Origin: Candidatus Nealsonbacteria bacterium
GTDB lineage: Bacteria; Patescibacteriota; Minisyncoccia; Minisyncoccales; CAZKCU01
Direction of reading: 5' to 3'
Assembly (NCBI GenBank): GCA_047456305.1
Contig: CP179888.1
Location: 67,690 to 114,420, forward strand
DNA: 46,731 bases
Made by a program: the position numbers and the translations under genes. Numbering within the stretch: position 1 is the first letter of the stretch; each line of letters begins with the position of its first letter. Shown one piece after another: positions 1-8,110 of this stretch. Below the pieces are notes generated by a model that saw only the letters and a program-made list of their open reading frames with translations, made no database searches and was not told where the DNA came from.

Positions 1-603
1 TTTTCTTTGAATTTCAAAAATTGATTCTAAAAGAACCTTTTCAATTACTTTTTCTCCCAAGAAGGCTTGAGTTCTTTGTTCCTGTGATTTAATAATAAAT
101 TCGGTTTTGGAGGGATTTTCCTCAAAAATTATTCCTTCTCTATCAACATAGAAACAATTTTCAGCTTGCCCACCCAAATTTTCGGAAGGAAAACTTGGGA
201 GGGCTTGGCACCAAACACCAAGAGGCAATCTTTCTTGAATTTCAACAATTAAAGTTGCCGGGAGTCTTCTTTTTAAAATTACCGAATCTGCCTGAAGAAA
301 TTTTTCTGAAAGAGACCTAACAATTTCATTTGAATCTATAAGAAAGATGCTTTTAGTTGGAAAGAATAATAATTTTTTGTTGATTTTTTCTTTTATTAAA
401 TTTTCGATATCCTGGGTTTGAATTTTTTGATTACCAGAAATCTCAGTATCTTTAACTTGAAAGGTTGAGGAGAAACAAACTAAATAAAAAATTCCTCCAA
501 AAATTATCAAAACTAAAATGGCTATCCAAAAAAATCGATTACGAAATATCGACTTTTTCTTCTTAATTCGGTAAGGTTTTTTATATAAATATTTTCTTCT
601 CAT
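1..603 (-). CDS. ftsQ: Cell division protein FtsQ/DivIB-like (N-terminal part; ORF runs off the window start)
   Basis: Hand translation from ATG at 603-601 gives MRRKYLYKKPYRIKKKKSIFRNRFFWIAILVLIIFGGIFYLV (basic tail plus one TM). It continues FQVKDTEISGNQKIQTQDIENLI.., a POTRA-like start. The frame is open to position 1 and is absent from the ORF track because no stop lies in the window. Confidence 0.55.
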   Translation of the reverse strand, partial: MRRKYLYKKPYRIKKKKSIFRNRFFWIAILVLIIFGGIFYLVCFSSTFQVKDTEISGNQKIQTQDIENLIKEKINKKLLFFPTKSIFLIDSNEIVRSLSEKFLQADSVILKRRLPATLIVEIQERLPLGVWCQALPSFPSENLGGQAENCFYVDREGIIFEENPSKTEFIIKSQEQRTQAFLGEKVIEKVLLESIFEIQRK

Positions 604-636
604 AAAATTAAACTGCCAAGAACCAAGGATTAGAAA

Positions 637-1659
637 TTACAACCTTCTTTTGGCTTTTCTTATTTTTTCAAAAATGAAAGTTAGCCAATATCTTTTTGAT
701 AAAGGAAAGTCCTGAGTTTTAACATACTCATAGGGTTTGCCACCAAAACCCATTTTAAATAAAGTAGGTCCTGCCCAAGGATGCTTTGGATATTTTTTGG
801 GATCAACATATCCCCAAAAATCATACAATCTGCAACCTCTTTTTTTTGCTTCTTTTATTGCTTCCCACAAAAGAGAATAAGAAATTGGAATTTTGTGATA
901 TTGAGGAAGCAGGGCTGCGTGATGATAAAAGCCAATATTTGACCAAAACAAAACAAAAGCTGAAGCTACAATTTCTCCTTTATATTTTCCAAAGAAAAGC
1001 GAGATTTGGTTGTCTGGTTGAAAAGCTAAAAATTCATTTTTTAAATATTCTAAGGAAAAAGGAGTAAAATGATGACGATTTACAACCTCTTGATAAAGTT
1101 TATTAAAAACCTCAATGTCTTCTATGTTTTTGCTTTGATAAATTTTAACATCTTTATTTCTCTGAGCTTGGCGAATTAAATAACGAGTAGTTTTGCGCAT
1201 TTGCATTAAGAGTTCTTCCTCTGAAGGATTAATATCCAATTTCCAGCTAGCCTCTGGATGAGTGTGAATTGGAGCCGGTTTAAATCCCAATTTTTTGAAA
1301 ATTTCATTATTTTCCTCGCTTCTCTCTAAAATCGGATTAATTCTAATAAAACTCGCTTTAGCTATTTCTTTTAACTTTTCTAATAAAATTTTTAAAATTT
1401 CAGCTTTCAGAGAGCCAGTCTCTGGTTTTAGATTAGGGCTATGAGGAAGGAGCAAAAACGTTCCTCTTTTTGCCACTGTTTTTACCACTAAAGCAACAGA
1501 GAACAGTTCTCTGTTATTATAAACTCCCAGTCGCCAAATTTTTTCTCCCATCATTTTGTTAAACTCTCCCCAATTCCAGGAATCCAAAAAAGTTTTCTCT
1601 TCACACTTTAAAAGAAAATTTTCCCAAGTTTTTTTACTTTGAATTTTTTTCATTTCCAT
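637..1659 (-). CDS. FemAB-family peptidoglycan interpeptide-bridge aminoacyltransferase
   Basis: 340-aa ORF. WNWGEF near the N-terminus and ..KRGCRLYDFWG..GPTLFKMGFGG.. near the C-terminus resemble the FemAB / lipid II aminoacyltransferase family. It sits in an fts/mur cluster. The real start may be the second ATG (1653), which forms an ATGA overlap with the DegT stop. Confidence 0.65.
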   Translation of the reverse strand: MEMKKIQSKKTWENFLLKCEEKTFLDSWNWGEFNKMMGEKIWRLGVYNNRELFSVALVVKTVAKRGTFLLLPHSPNLKPETGSLKAEILKILLEKLKEIAKASFIRINPILERSEENNEIFKKLGFKPAPIHTHPEASWKLDINPSEEELLMQMRKTTRYLIRQAQRNKDVKIYQSKNIEDIEVFNKLYQEVVNRHHFTPFSLEYLKNEFLAFQPDNQISLFFGKYKGEIVASAFVLFWSNIGFYHHAALLPQYHKIPISYSLLWEAIKEAKKRGCRLYDFWGYVDPKKYPKHPWAGPTLFKMGFGGKPYEYVKTQDFPLSKRYWLTFIFEKIRKAKRRL

Positions 1660-2957
1660 GATTTTAGAAAAGCAATAATTTTTTTAGCTTCTTTGAAAGA
1701 AATATTAATGTGAGTTGGTAAATTCAGGATAGTCTGAGCTACTTTTTCTGCCCTTTTGCAACTGCCTCTAATATATTTCATTTTTTCGATATTTGTATCT
1801 GGGGGAACTATTGGAGTCTTGCGCCAGCCATCGTCTAGATAAATCTTTCTTTTTCTAGCTTCTTTTAAAATCTTATCGGTGTTTAAATTTGTTAAAACTG
1901 GGTAGCGCATAAAGGTTGGAATTATACCTTTTGGGTGTTTATTCAGGGGTAAAACGAGATTAGTATTTTTAAGATTTTTTTGATAAAAATCAGCTATTTT
2001 TCTCCGGTGCCCATTGAATCTCTTCAATTTTTTAAATTGATTAAAGGCTAAATCAGCTAAGGCATCAGGAAGACGCTTTGGGAAATATTTTGGAATCTTT
2101 CCTCTTTTTTCTTTTTTATAAACTGCTTTGGATAAAATTGAAAGTTTATGAAAAATTCCCAAAAAGATTCTTCCTAAATTAGCGTCTAAACCATAAGCTG
2201 GCAAAACTAAATAATTTGTTAAAATTGGATGTAATAATTGTTGAAAAATCCAAAAATTGGAAGGATAATCTATTTTTTTTTGAAATTCTTTTATTTTTTC
2301 AGCTAGTTTATCATTATTAGTAACTGCCATTCCGCCAAATATAGAAGAAATTATTTTGTCTCTACCAAAAGAGAAAAAGGCTGCGTCTCCGAAAGTACCA
2401 CAAAATTTTCCTTTGTATTTTGCTCCCAAGGAATGAGCGCAATCTTCAATTAGATATAAGAACCTGCCTTCGGCAGAACCTTGATTTTTCGCTTTGCTCG
2501 AAATTAAATTATTTTTCTTTACAACTTTTAAAATTTCCTCAATTTGAGCCGGCCGGCCAAAGGTATGTTGAATCATTACTACTTTTGATTCAGGAGTAAT
2601 TTTCTTTTTAAAATCATCTGGATCGAGATTCAAGGTATCATCAACATCTACAAAAACTGGTTTAGCACCTCTATTCAAAATTGGATTTACTGCCGCATTG
2701 CAGGTAAAAGCTTGAAGTAAAACCTCGCTGTCTTTTTCTAATCCCAATGAATTTAATATAGCTATCAGCGCCGAGCGTCCACTATTAAAAGAAATAGTAT
2801 ATTTTACCCCTAAATATTTTTTAAACTCTTTTTCTAATTCGGCAATCGCCCTTCCTTTTTTCCAGCGCCAGGGTTGAAAGAGTAATTTCAAAGCCAATAA
2901 AATATCATCTTTTTCTGTATTAGGTGATAAAGATATGGAAATTGGCCGAAAAAACAT
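1650..2957 (-). CDS. DegT/DnrJ/EryC1/StrS-family PLP-dependent aminotransferase
   Basis: 435-aa ORF with family-like blocks SFNSGRSALIAILNSLGL, LIEDCAHSLGAKYKGK and FSFGRDK (candidate PLP lysine). The TGA stop at 1652-1650 overlaps the FemAB start region. Confidence 0.7.
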   Translation of the reverse strand: MFFRPISISLSPNTEKDDILLALKLLFQPWRWKKGRAIAELEKEFKKYLGVKYTISFNSGRSALIAILNSLGLEKDSEVLLQAFTCNAAVNPILNRGAKPVFVDVDDTLNLDPDDFKKKITPESKVVMIQHTFGRPAQIEEILKVVKKNNLISSKAKNQGSAEGRFLYLIEDCAHSLGAKYKGKFCGTFGDAAFFSFGRDKIISSIFGGMAVTNNDKLAEKIKEFQKKIDYPSNFWIFQQLLHPILTNYLVLPAYGLDANLGRIFLGIFHKLSILSKAVYKKEKRGKIPKYFPKRLPDALADLAFNQFKKLKRFNGHRRKIADFYQKNLKNTNLVLPLNKHPKGIIPTFMRYPVLTNLNTDKILKEARKRKIYLDDGWRKTPIVPPDTNIEKMKYIRGSCKRAEKVAQTILNLPTHINISFKEAKKIIAFLKSWK

Positions 2958-2959
2958 TG

Positions 2960-4321
2960 TCAGTTGTTAATTGTTAATTGTTGAATTAGTTGACTTGGTA
3001 GCCTACTTTCCAAAAGAATTACGTCGCCTTCGCGACAAAAACTTTTAATTTTTTCTAAGATTTTCTTTAGGTTTTCAATAAATATAGCTTTTTCGCCGGC
3101 TCCTTCTTTTATTTCTTTAAAATTGTCTTTTGTTGTAATTATTGCCAAATCGCAAATTTGGCCAATTTTTGCCCCTATTTTCTTGTGAACTTTGCCAGAG
3201 ACCTTACCTAATTCAATTAAGCAAGGCATAACAATCACTTTTTTGCCCGGTCTCTTCTTTAAATAATCCAAATGCGAAATTACACTTTTGGGGTTAGCAG
3301 AATAAGTGCTGTTTATAATAGTTAAACCCTTAATGCCTTTTTTAATTTTTATAGGGTTTTCTATTTCATCCAAAGTTTTTTCTATTTTTTCCCTGTCCAC
3401 CTCAAGAAATTCAGCTGTTGCAGCGGCCATAGAAAGGTTTTCAATGTCCCAAGGGAATAAATTCTTTCCTCTCAAAACGAAGTTATAATTTTTCGGGTAA
3501 ACAATTTTTTTGGGAATTTTTGTTTCTTGGAAAAGCTCTCGGCAGTATCTATTATTGCCATTGAAAACAGCTAAGCCCTCTTCTGGCAAGCTCTCTATTA
3601 ATTCAAACTTTGCTTCAATAATATTTTTCAGAGAACCAAATGTTGAAAGATGTTGCTCGTTGATACCGGTCAGAATGCCCATTTTTGGCTGAAGCATTTC
3701 ACAAACCTGTTTTATTTTTCCTCTCTCATAAGCTCCAATTTCAGCAATAAAAATTTCGTGTTCCGGGGTTAATTCGTTTAAAATGGCCTGAGCAATGCCA
3801 ATTTCAGCATTGATATGTTTCTTTGTTTTTAGAACTTTAAACTTTTTTGATAAGATCTCAGCTAAGAATTCTTTGGTTGAAGTTTTACCATAACTCCCGG
3901 TGATACCGATAACTAAAAGGTCTTTTAATTTTTGCCTTTTTTGTTGAGCTCTTTTTAGAATTTTATTTTTAAAAATATCCGTTGGGATTTGAAAAAATAA
4001 AACAACGAGGGAAGAAATTGCTGGAGATAAAATGAGTAGGATTAGAAGCGAAATATAAAATGGGCTATCTTCTAAGGAGAAAATGTAAAAAAGAATCAAG
4101 CTTTCTAATAGTATTCCAAAAAATAAAATAGTAATTGTTTTTGGGGTAAATTTGGGAAATTTAATCCGCCAGAAACTTGAAATTATTTTTTTCCATTTTT
4201 GAGTCTCGAAATGAGCACAGAATCTGCCCCAATGGTATTCTTTCAGCTGCCAGAGCCAAAGCCAAAAAAGAAAAACTTTAGTAAAAATCAAAAACCAAAG
4301 AATTGTAATTACTAATTTCAT
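2960..4321 (-). CDS. murF: Mur ligase, MurF-like (UDP-MurNAc-tripeptide--D-Ala-D-Ala ligase) with hydrophobic N-terminal extension
   Basis: 453 aa with the Mur-ligase P-loop GITGSYGKTSTKEF and central plus C-terminal ligase domains. The first ~125 aa are 3-4 hydrophobic helices (ILWFLIFTKVFLFWLWLW.., ILFFGILLESLILFYIF.., LLILLILSPAISSLVVLFF) rather than a soluble domain 1. Confidence 0.65.
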   Translation of the reverse strand: MKLVITILWFLIFTKVFLFWLWLWQLKEYHWGRFCAHFETQKWKKIISSFWRIKFPKFTPKTITILFFGILLESLILFYIFSLEDSPFYISLLILLILSPAISSLVVLFFQIPTDIFKNKILKRAQQKRQKLKDLLVIGITGSYGKTSTKEFLAEILSKKFKVLKTKKHINAEIGIAQAILNELTPEHEIFIAEIGAYERGKIKQVCEMLQPKMGILTGINEQHLSTFGSLKNIIEAKFELIESLPEEGLAVFNGNNRYCRELFQETKIPKKIVYPKNYNFVLRGKNLFPWDIENLSMAAATAEFLEVDREKIEKTLDEIENPIKIKKGIKGLTIINSTYSANPKSVISHLDYLKKRPGKKVIVMPCLIELGKVSGKVHKKIGAKIGQICDLAIITTKDNFKEIKEGAGEKAIFIENLKKILEKIKSFCREGDVILLESRLPSQLIQQLTINN

Positions 4322-5025
4322 TTTAGAAATTCTTTAACTTTTTGAACTAAAAGTTCGGGATTTTCTAAATGAGGAGTGTGGCCTATTTTTTCTAAAATTT
4401 CAAGATTTGAGTTCTTTATTTTTTTAGCCATCAATTTTGCATCAGAAAGAGGAATTATTCTATCTTTACTCCCCCACAAAATTAAAGTTTTATTTTCTAT
4501 TTGAGCTAAATAAGGAGTTAAATCTTCATTTAAAACATTTTTGATAGTATCCTTTAAAAAACCCGATGCTTTTAGATAATCAGTTTTTCTTAAAATATAT
4601 TTGTAAAAAATCTTTCTAAAAAATTGATAACTCGGTAAAAATGCAAATTTTTTAAAAAGAGAAGCTGTCTTTAAAATAAAAAGTCTCTTTTTTTTTATTC
4701 CGGCCGCTCCCACCAGAATTAAACCTAAAACTTTTCCTGGGTATTTTGTAACAAATTTTATAGCCACCCTTCCCCCAAAAGAATGGCCTAATAAAAAAAA
4801 CCTTTCGGCAAGCTCAGGGCAGGCTTTCTCTTTTTCTTGAACAAATCTCTTCAGCCACTCTACATAATCGTTTAACTCCCAGGAAGAACTTAATTCGGTT
4901 TCCTTTTTAAATCCCGGTAAATTCGGCACTACCACTTCAATCCCCTCTTTTTCAATTTCTTCTTTAACTTTCTGCCATTTTTCTTTTGCGCTTTTCCAGC
5001 CATGTAAAATAATTAAAGTTTTCAT
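4318..5025 (-). CDS. Alpha/beta-fold hydrolase
   Basis: 235 aa with the nucleophile elbow GHSFGG and a C-terminal ..IGHTPHLE.. histidine region. It overlaps murF by 4 nt. Confidence 0.6.
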   Translation of the reverse strand: MKTLIILHGWKSAKEKWQKVKEEIEKEGIEVVVPNLPGFKKETELSSSWELNDYVEWLKRFVQEKEKACPELAERFFLLGHSFGGRVAIKFVTKYPGKVLGLILVGAAGIKKKRLFILKTASLFKKFAFLPSYQFFRKIFYKYILRKTDYLKASGFLKDTIKNVLNEDLTPYLAQIENKTLILWGSKDRIIPLSDAKLMAKKIKNSNLEILEKIGHTPHLENPELLVQKVKEFLK

Positions 5026-5079
5026 TTTCTTGAAATAACTTTAAAGCCCAAGCCCTGTACCAAAAACAGCCAGTAAAAA

Positions 5080-6363
5080 TTATTTCCGTGGCAAAAATGG
5101 GATTAGTTTTTGGTGTCGGGGTAAATATTTTTGCAAAACTTCTGGTATTTTTATTGAGCCATCTTTTTGCTGATAATTTTCGATAATGGCAATCAAAGTC
5201 CTACCAATGGCGAAAGCAGTTCCATTTAGAGTATGAACAAAATTTAACTTCCCCGATTTATCTTTGTAGCGAATATTCAATCTCCTTGCCTGGAAATCAG
5301 TACAGTTTGAAGTAGAGTGAGTTTCCCGATAGCGACCCTCCGAAGGTATCCAAGCTTCAATATCATACTTTGCGGCGGCTGGCCTTCCTAAGTCGCCTGT
5401 ACAAATTTGAACTACTCTGTAAGGAATTTTTAGAGCTTTCATTAAATTTTCTTCCATTTTTAGAAGAAAATGGTGTTCTTTTTTGGATTCCTCGGCATGA
5501 CAGAAACTAAACATTTCCACTTTATCAAATTGGTGAACCCGGAAAATACCTTTAGTATCTTTGCCATAAGAACCAGCTTCCCGGCGAAAACAAGTGGAGA
5601 AACCGAGATATCGCCGAGGTAAATCTTTTTCTTCAAAGATTTCACCAGTATGCATTACTCCTATTGACTGCTCAGCAGTACCTACTAAATATAAGTCATC
5701 TTTCGGGAGAAAATAAGCCTCCTTTTTATCTGCTTGTTCTAAATACCCCATCCCTCTAGCCATTTCTGATTTAAGCATTACTGGAGGAATTACCGGTATA
5801 AATCCTTGTTTAATTAAAGTGTCAAAGGCGAAATTTATTAAAGCAAATTCAATCTGAGCCGCCTCTCTTTTTAAATAGCTAAATCTGGTGCCAGCAACCT
5901 TAGCCGCTCGTTTCACATCAATTAAATCCAGTTTTGAAGCTATTTCTAAATAATCTTTGGGTTGGAAATTAAATGTGGGGATTTTACCTACTTTTTTTAC
6001 TACTACATTATCTTTTTCATCTTTCCCAACTGGTATGTCATCTTGAGGTAAATTGGGAATTTGAAACATTAAGTTATTAAATTCTGCCTCCCATTCTTTT
6101 AAATTTTTATTTAATTTATCGCTATTCCTATCCAATTCTCTCATTTCTAAGATTATTTTTTGTTTTTCTTTCTCATCTTTCAGTTCGGCAATTTTCTTTG
6201 AGGCTTTATTTTTTTGAGCCCTCATATCCTCCAAGGCCTGAAGTGTTTCCCGTCTTTTTTTGTCAATTTCTAAAAGCCGGTCTATATCAACTTTGACCTG
6301 CTTTTTTTGACAGCCTTGTTTGACAATTTGTGGGTTTTCGCGAATAAATTTTATGTCAAGCAT
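5080..6363 (-). CDS. serS: Seryl-tRNA synthetase
   Basis: 427 aa with the N-terminal coiled-coil arm (MLDIKFIRENP..). Class II motifs are FRREAGSYGKDTKGIFRVHQFDKVE and GTAFAIGRTLIAIIENYQ. Confidence 0.95.
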   Translation of the reverse strand: MLDIKFIRENPQIVKQGCQKKQVKVDIDRLLEIDKKRRETLQALEDMRAQKNKASKKIAELKDEKEKQKIILEMRELDRNSDKLNKNLKEWEAEFNNLMFQIPNLPQDDIPVGKDEKDNVVVKKVGKIPTFNFQPKDYLEIASKLDLIDVKRAAKVAGTRFSYLKREAAQIEFALINFAFDTLIKQGFIPVIPPVMLKSEMARGMGYLEQADKKEAYFLPKDDLYLVGTAEQSIGVMHTGEIFEEKDLPRRYLGFSTCFRREAGSYGKDTKGIFRVHQFDKVEMFSFCHAEESKKEHHFLLKMEENLMKALKIPYRVVQICTGDLGRPAAAKYDIEAWIPSEGRYRETHSTSNCTDFQARRLNIRYKDKSGKLNFVHTLNGTAFAIGRTLIAIIENYQQKDGSIKIPEVLQKYLPRHQKLIPFLPRK

Positions 6364-6370
6364 AAAGCGA

Positions 6371-6527
6371 AGGTATTCTTACTGAAGGGAGCGCTTCGTA
6401 GCTGAGCCCCAGAATTAGTTTGTATTCCAGTTAAAAGTTTGGGAGGCTCAGCGAGAAACAGCCGCGGCCGGAGATAAATTCTATATTCCTAATTGGCCGA
6501 CGGCGTGCTCCCTGAGGCAAGATACCT
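6371..6527 (-). promoter_or_regulatory. GC-rich structured element (three-way junction) filling the lysS-serS spacer, upstream of the serS ATG
   Basis: Outer stem 6371-6380/6519-6527 (aggtattctt/aagatacct) and extension 6386-6394/6503-6513. Hairpin 6401-6410/6441-6452 (gctgagcccc/gggaggctcagc) and hairpin 6461-6469/6495-6504 (gccgcggcc/ggccgacggc). It is visibly much more GC-rich than its surroundings. The strand is assumed from context. Confidence 0.4.
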
Positions 6528-6544
6528 GAGCGATTAATTAAATT

Positions 6545-8008
6545 TTACCTTGGTCGCATTGTTGGGAATAATATTACTTCTCTTAAACTATGGGAATCAG
6601 TTAATAAAGCCACTAATCTATCAATTCCCATACCAAAGCCGGCAGCAGGTGGCATAGCATATTCAAGAGCTTCAATGAAATCTTCATCTAATCTTTGAGC
6701 CTTTTCAAATCCAGCTTTAAAAAATTTTTCTTGTTCTTTAAATCGTCTTTTTTGCTCTAAGGGGTCATTGAGTTCAGAAAAGGCATTAATAAGTTCCCAA
6801 CTAGCCACAACTAACTGAAAATTAGCTAATTTTTTAGGTTCCTTTTCAATTTGTTTAGCTAATGGGAAACTCCCCAGGGGATGATTTATTATAAAAGTTG
6901 GCTGCCAGATTTTTGGCTGACAATATTTTTTATAAATTGCATCAGCAATTTCAGCTTTTTGGGTTCCTTTTTCAACCCCAATTCCAAGTTTTTTAGCTTC
7001 TTTTTTAAGGGCTTCAGGATGAATATCATCTAAATTGATTTTTGTATATTTTTTAAAAATTTGAGAAAATTCTATTCTTGGCCAGGGAGTTTTAAAATTT
7101 ATCTCCTTTCCTTCATATTTAATCCTTAATGTTTTAAAGACTTTTTTCAGCAAATTTTCAAACATCTTTTCAGTTAATTTCATTAAATCCTTATAATCAG
7201 CAAAGGCAAAATAGAATTCAAGTAAAGTAAAATCTGGATTATGAGCCTTATCAACTCCTTCATTTCGGAAAACCCGGCCAATTTCATAAACTTTCTCAAA
7301 ACCGCCAACCAAAAGTCTTTTCAAATAAAGTTCAGGGGCAATTCGTAAATATAAATCTAAATCTAAAGCATTTAGATAAGTTTTAAATGGTTTGGCTTTG
7401 GCTCCGCCATAAATTGGCTGCAAAATTGGGGTTTCCACCTCTAAAAATCCTTCTTTCTCTAAAAATTCTCTAAGTTCTTTAATAATTCTGGAGCGAAGCT
7501 CAAATTTCTTTTTAACTTCAGGATTAAAAATCAAATCTAAATATCGCTTTCTGTATCTTTCTTCAACATCTTTCAAACCGTGCCATTTTTCTGGTAGAGG
7601 TAAAAGAGATTTTGCCACCATTTTAAAATCAGCAACATCTATCGTCTTTTCTCCTTTTTTAGTCTTAAATAAAATCCCCTTGAGTTCGATAAAATCACCG
7701 ATGTCAAAATTATCTAAGAAAAATTTATAGCCTCTTTCCCCTAACCTATCTTCTCTAAAGAAAGCTTGAATTTTCCCTGTTCCATCTTCAATGTGCAAAA
7801 AAGTGGCTCTACCATGCTTTCTTTGAGATTTAATTCTCCCAACTAAAATCACCTCTTTTTTTATTTTAGATATTTTTGAGAAATTTTTAAGAGTCTCCTC
7901 AATTTTATGAGTTCTTCTTGTTTTTTCTGGATAAGCCGAAAATCCGGTTTTTTCAATCGCCTTTAATTTTTTAAGCCGAGTTTTCCTTAATTCATCAATT
8001 GTCGCCAT
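6545..8008 (-). CDS. lysS: Lysyl-tRNA synthetase (class II)
   Basis: 487 aa with an N-terminal OB fold. Motif 2 is ..RVFRNEGVDKAHNPDFTLLEFY.. and motif 3 is ..GFGMGIDRLVALL.. Confidence 0.95.
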   Translation of the reverse strand: MATIDELRKTRLKKLKAIEKTGFSAYPEKTRRTHKIEETLKNFSKISKIKKEVILVGRIKSQRKHGRATFLHIEDGTGKIQAFFREDRLGERGYKFFLDNFDIGDFIELKGILFKTKKGEKTIDVADFKMVAKSLLPLPEKWHGLKDVEERYRKRYLDLIFNPEVKKKFELRSRIIKELREFLEKEGFLEVETPILQPIYGGAKAKPFKTYLNALDLDLYLRIAPELYLKRLLVGGFEKVYEIGRVFRNEGVDKAHNPDFTLLEFYFAFADYKDLMKLTEKMFENLLKKVFKTLRIKYEGKEINFKTPWPRIEFSQIFKKYTKINLDDIHPEALKKEAKKLGIGVEKGTQKAEIADAIYKKYCQPKIWQPTFIINHPLGSFPLAKQIEKEPKKLANFQLVVASWELINAFSELNDPLEQKRRFKEQEKFFKAGFEKAQRLDEDFIEALEYAMPPAAGFGMGIDRLVALLTDSHSLREVILFPTMRPR

Positions 8009-8015
8009 ATATTAT

Positions 8016-8044
8016 ATTTTAACTAATTTTATCTTTAAGGTCAA
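8016..8044 (-). promoter_or_regulatory. Sigma70-like promoter abutting the lysS start codon (candidate leaderless mRNA)
   Basis: The minus strand reads TTGACC (8044-8039), a 17-nt spacer, TAAAAT (8021-8016), then 7 nt (ataatat) and ATG (8008). Confidence 0.45.
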
Positions 8045-8110
8045 AAGAAAAAAACAGATGCAAAAACTGCACCTACCCCTTAGCTCTGTTCTCTTCTTTT
8101 TCGTAATTTT

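Noticed and set aside
1650-1652. UGA recoding (as in some CPR lineages), given that only an RF1-type factor is seen.
   Set aside because: TGA terminates well-conserved full-length ORFs here (DegT at 1652-1650, MurF at 2962-2960, the 28246 gene). No conserved protein shows in-frame TGA, so the standard code fits.
6371-6527. Interpreting the serS upstream element as a T-box leader, or as SRP, 6S, RNase P or tmRNA.
   Set aside because: There is no T-box consensus (..GGUGG.ACC..), no specifier-loop/terminator arrangement and no GGAA-capped SRP helix 8 motif. The size and shape are wrong for RNase P and tmRNA. It is kept only as an unclassified structured element.
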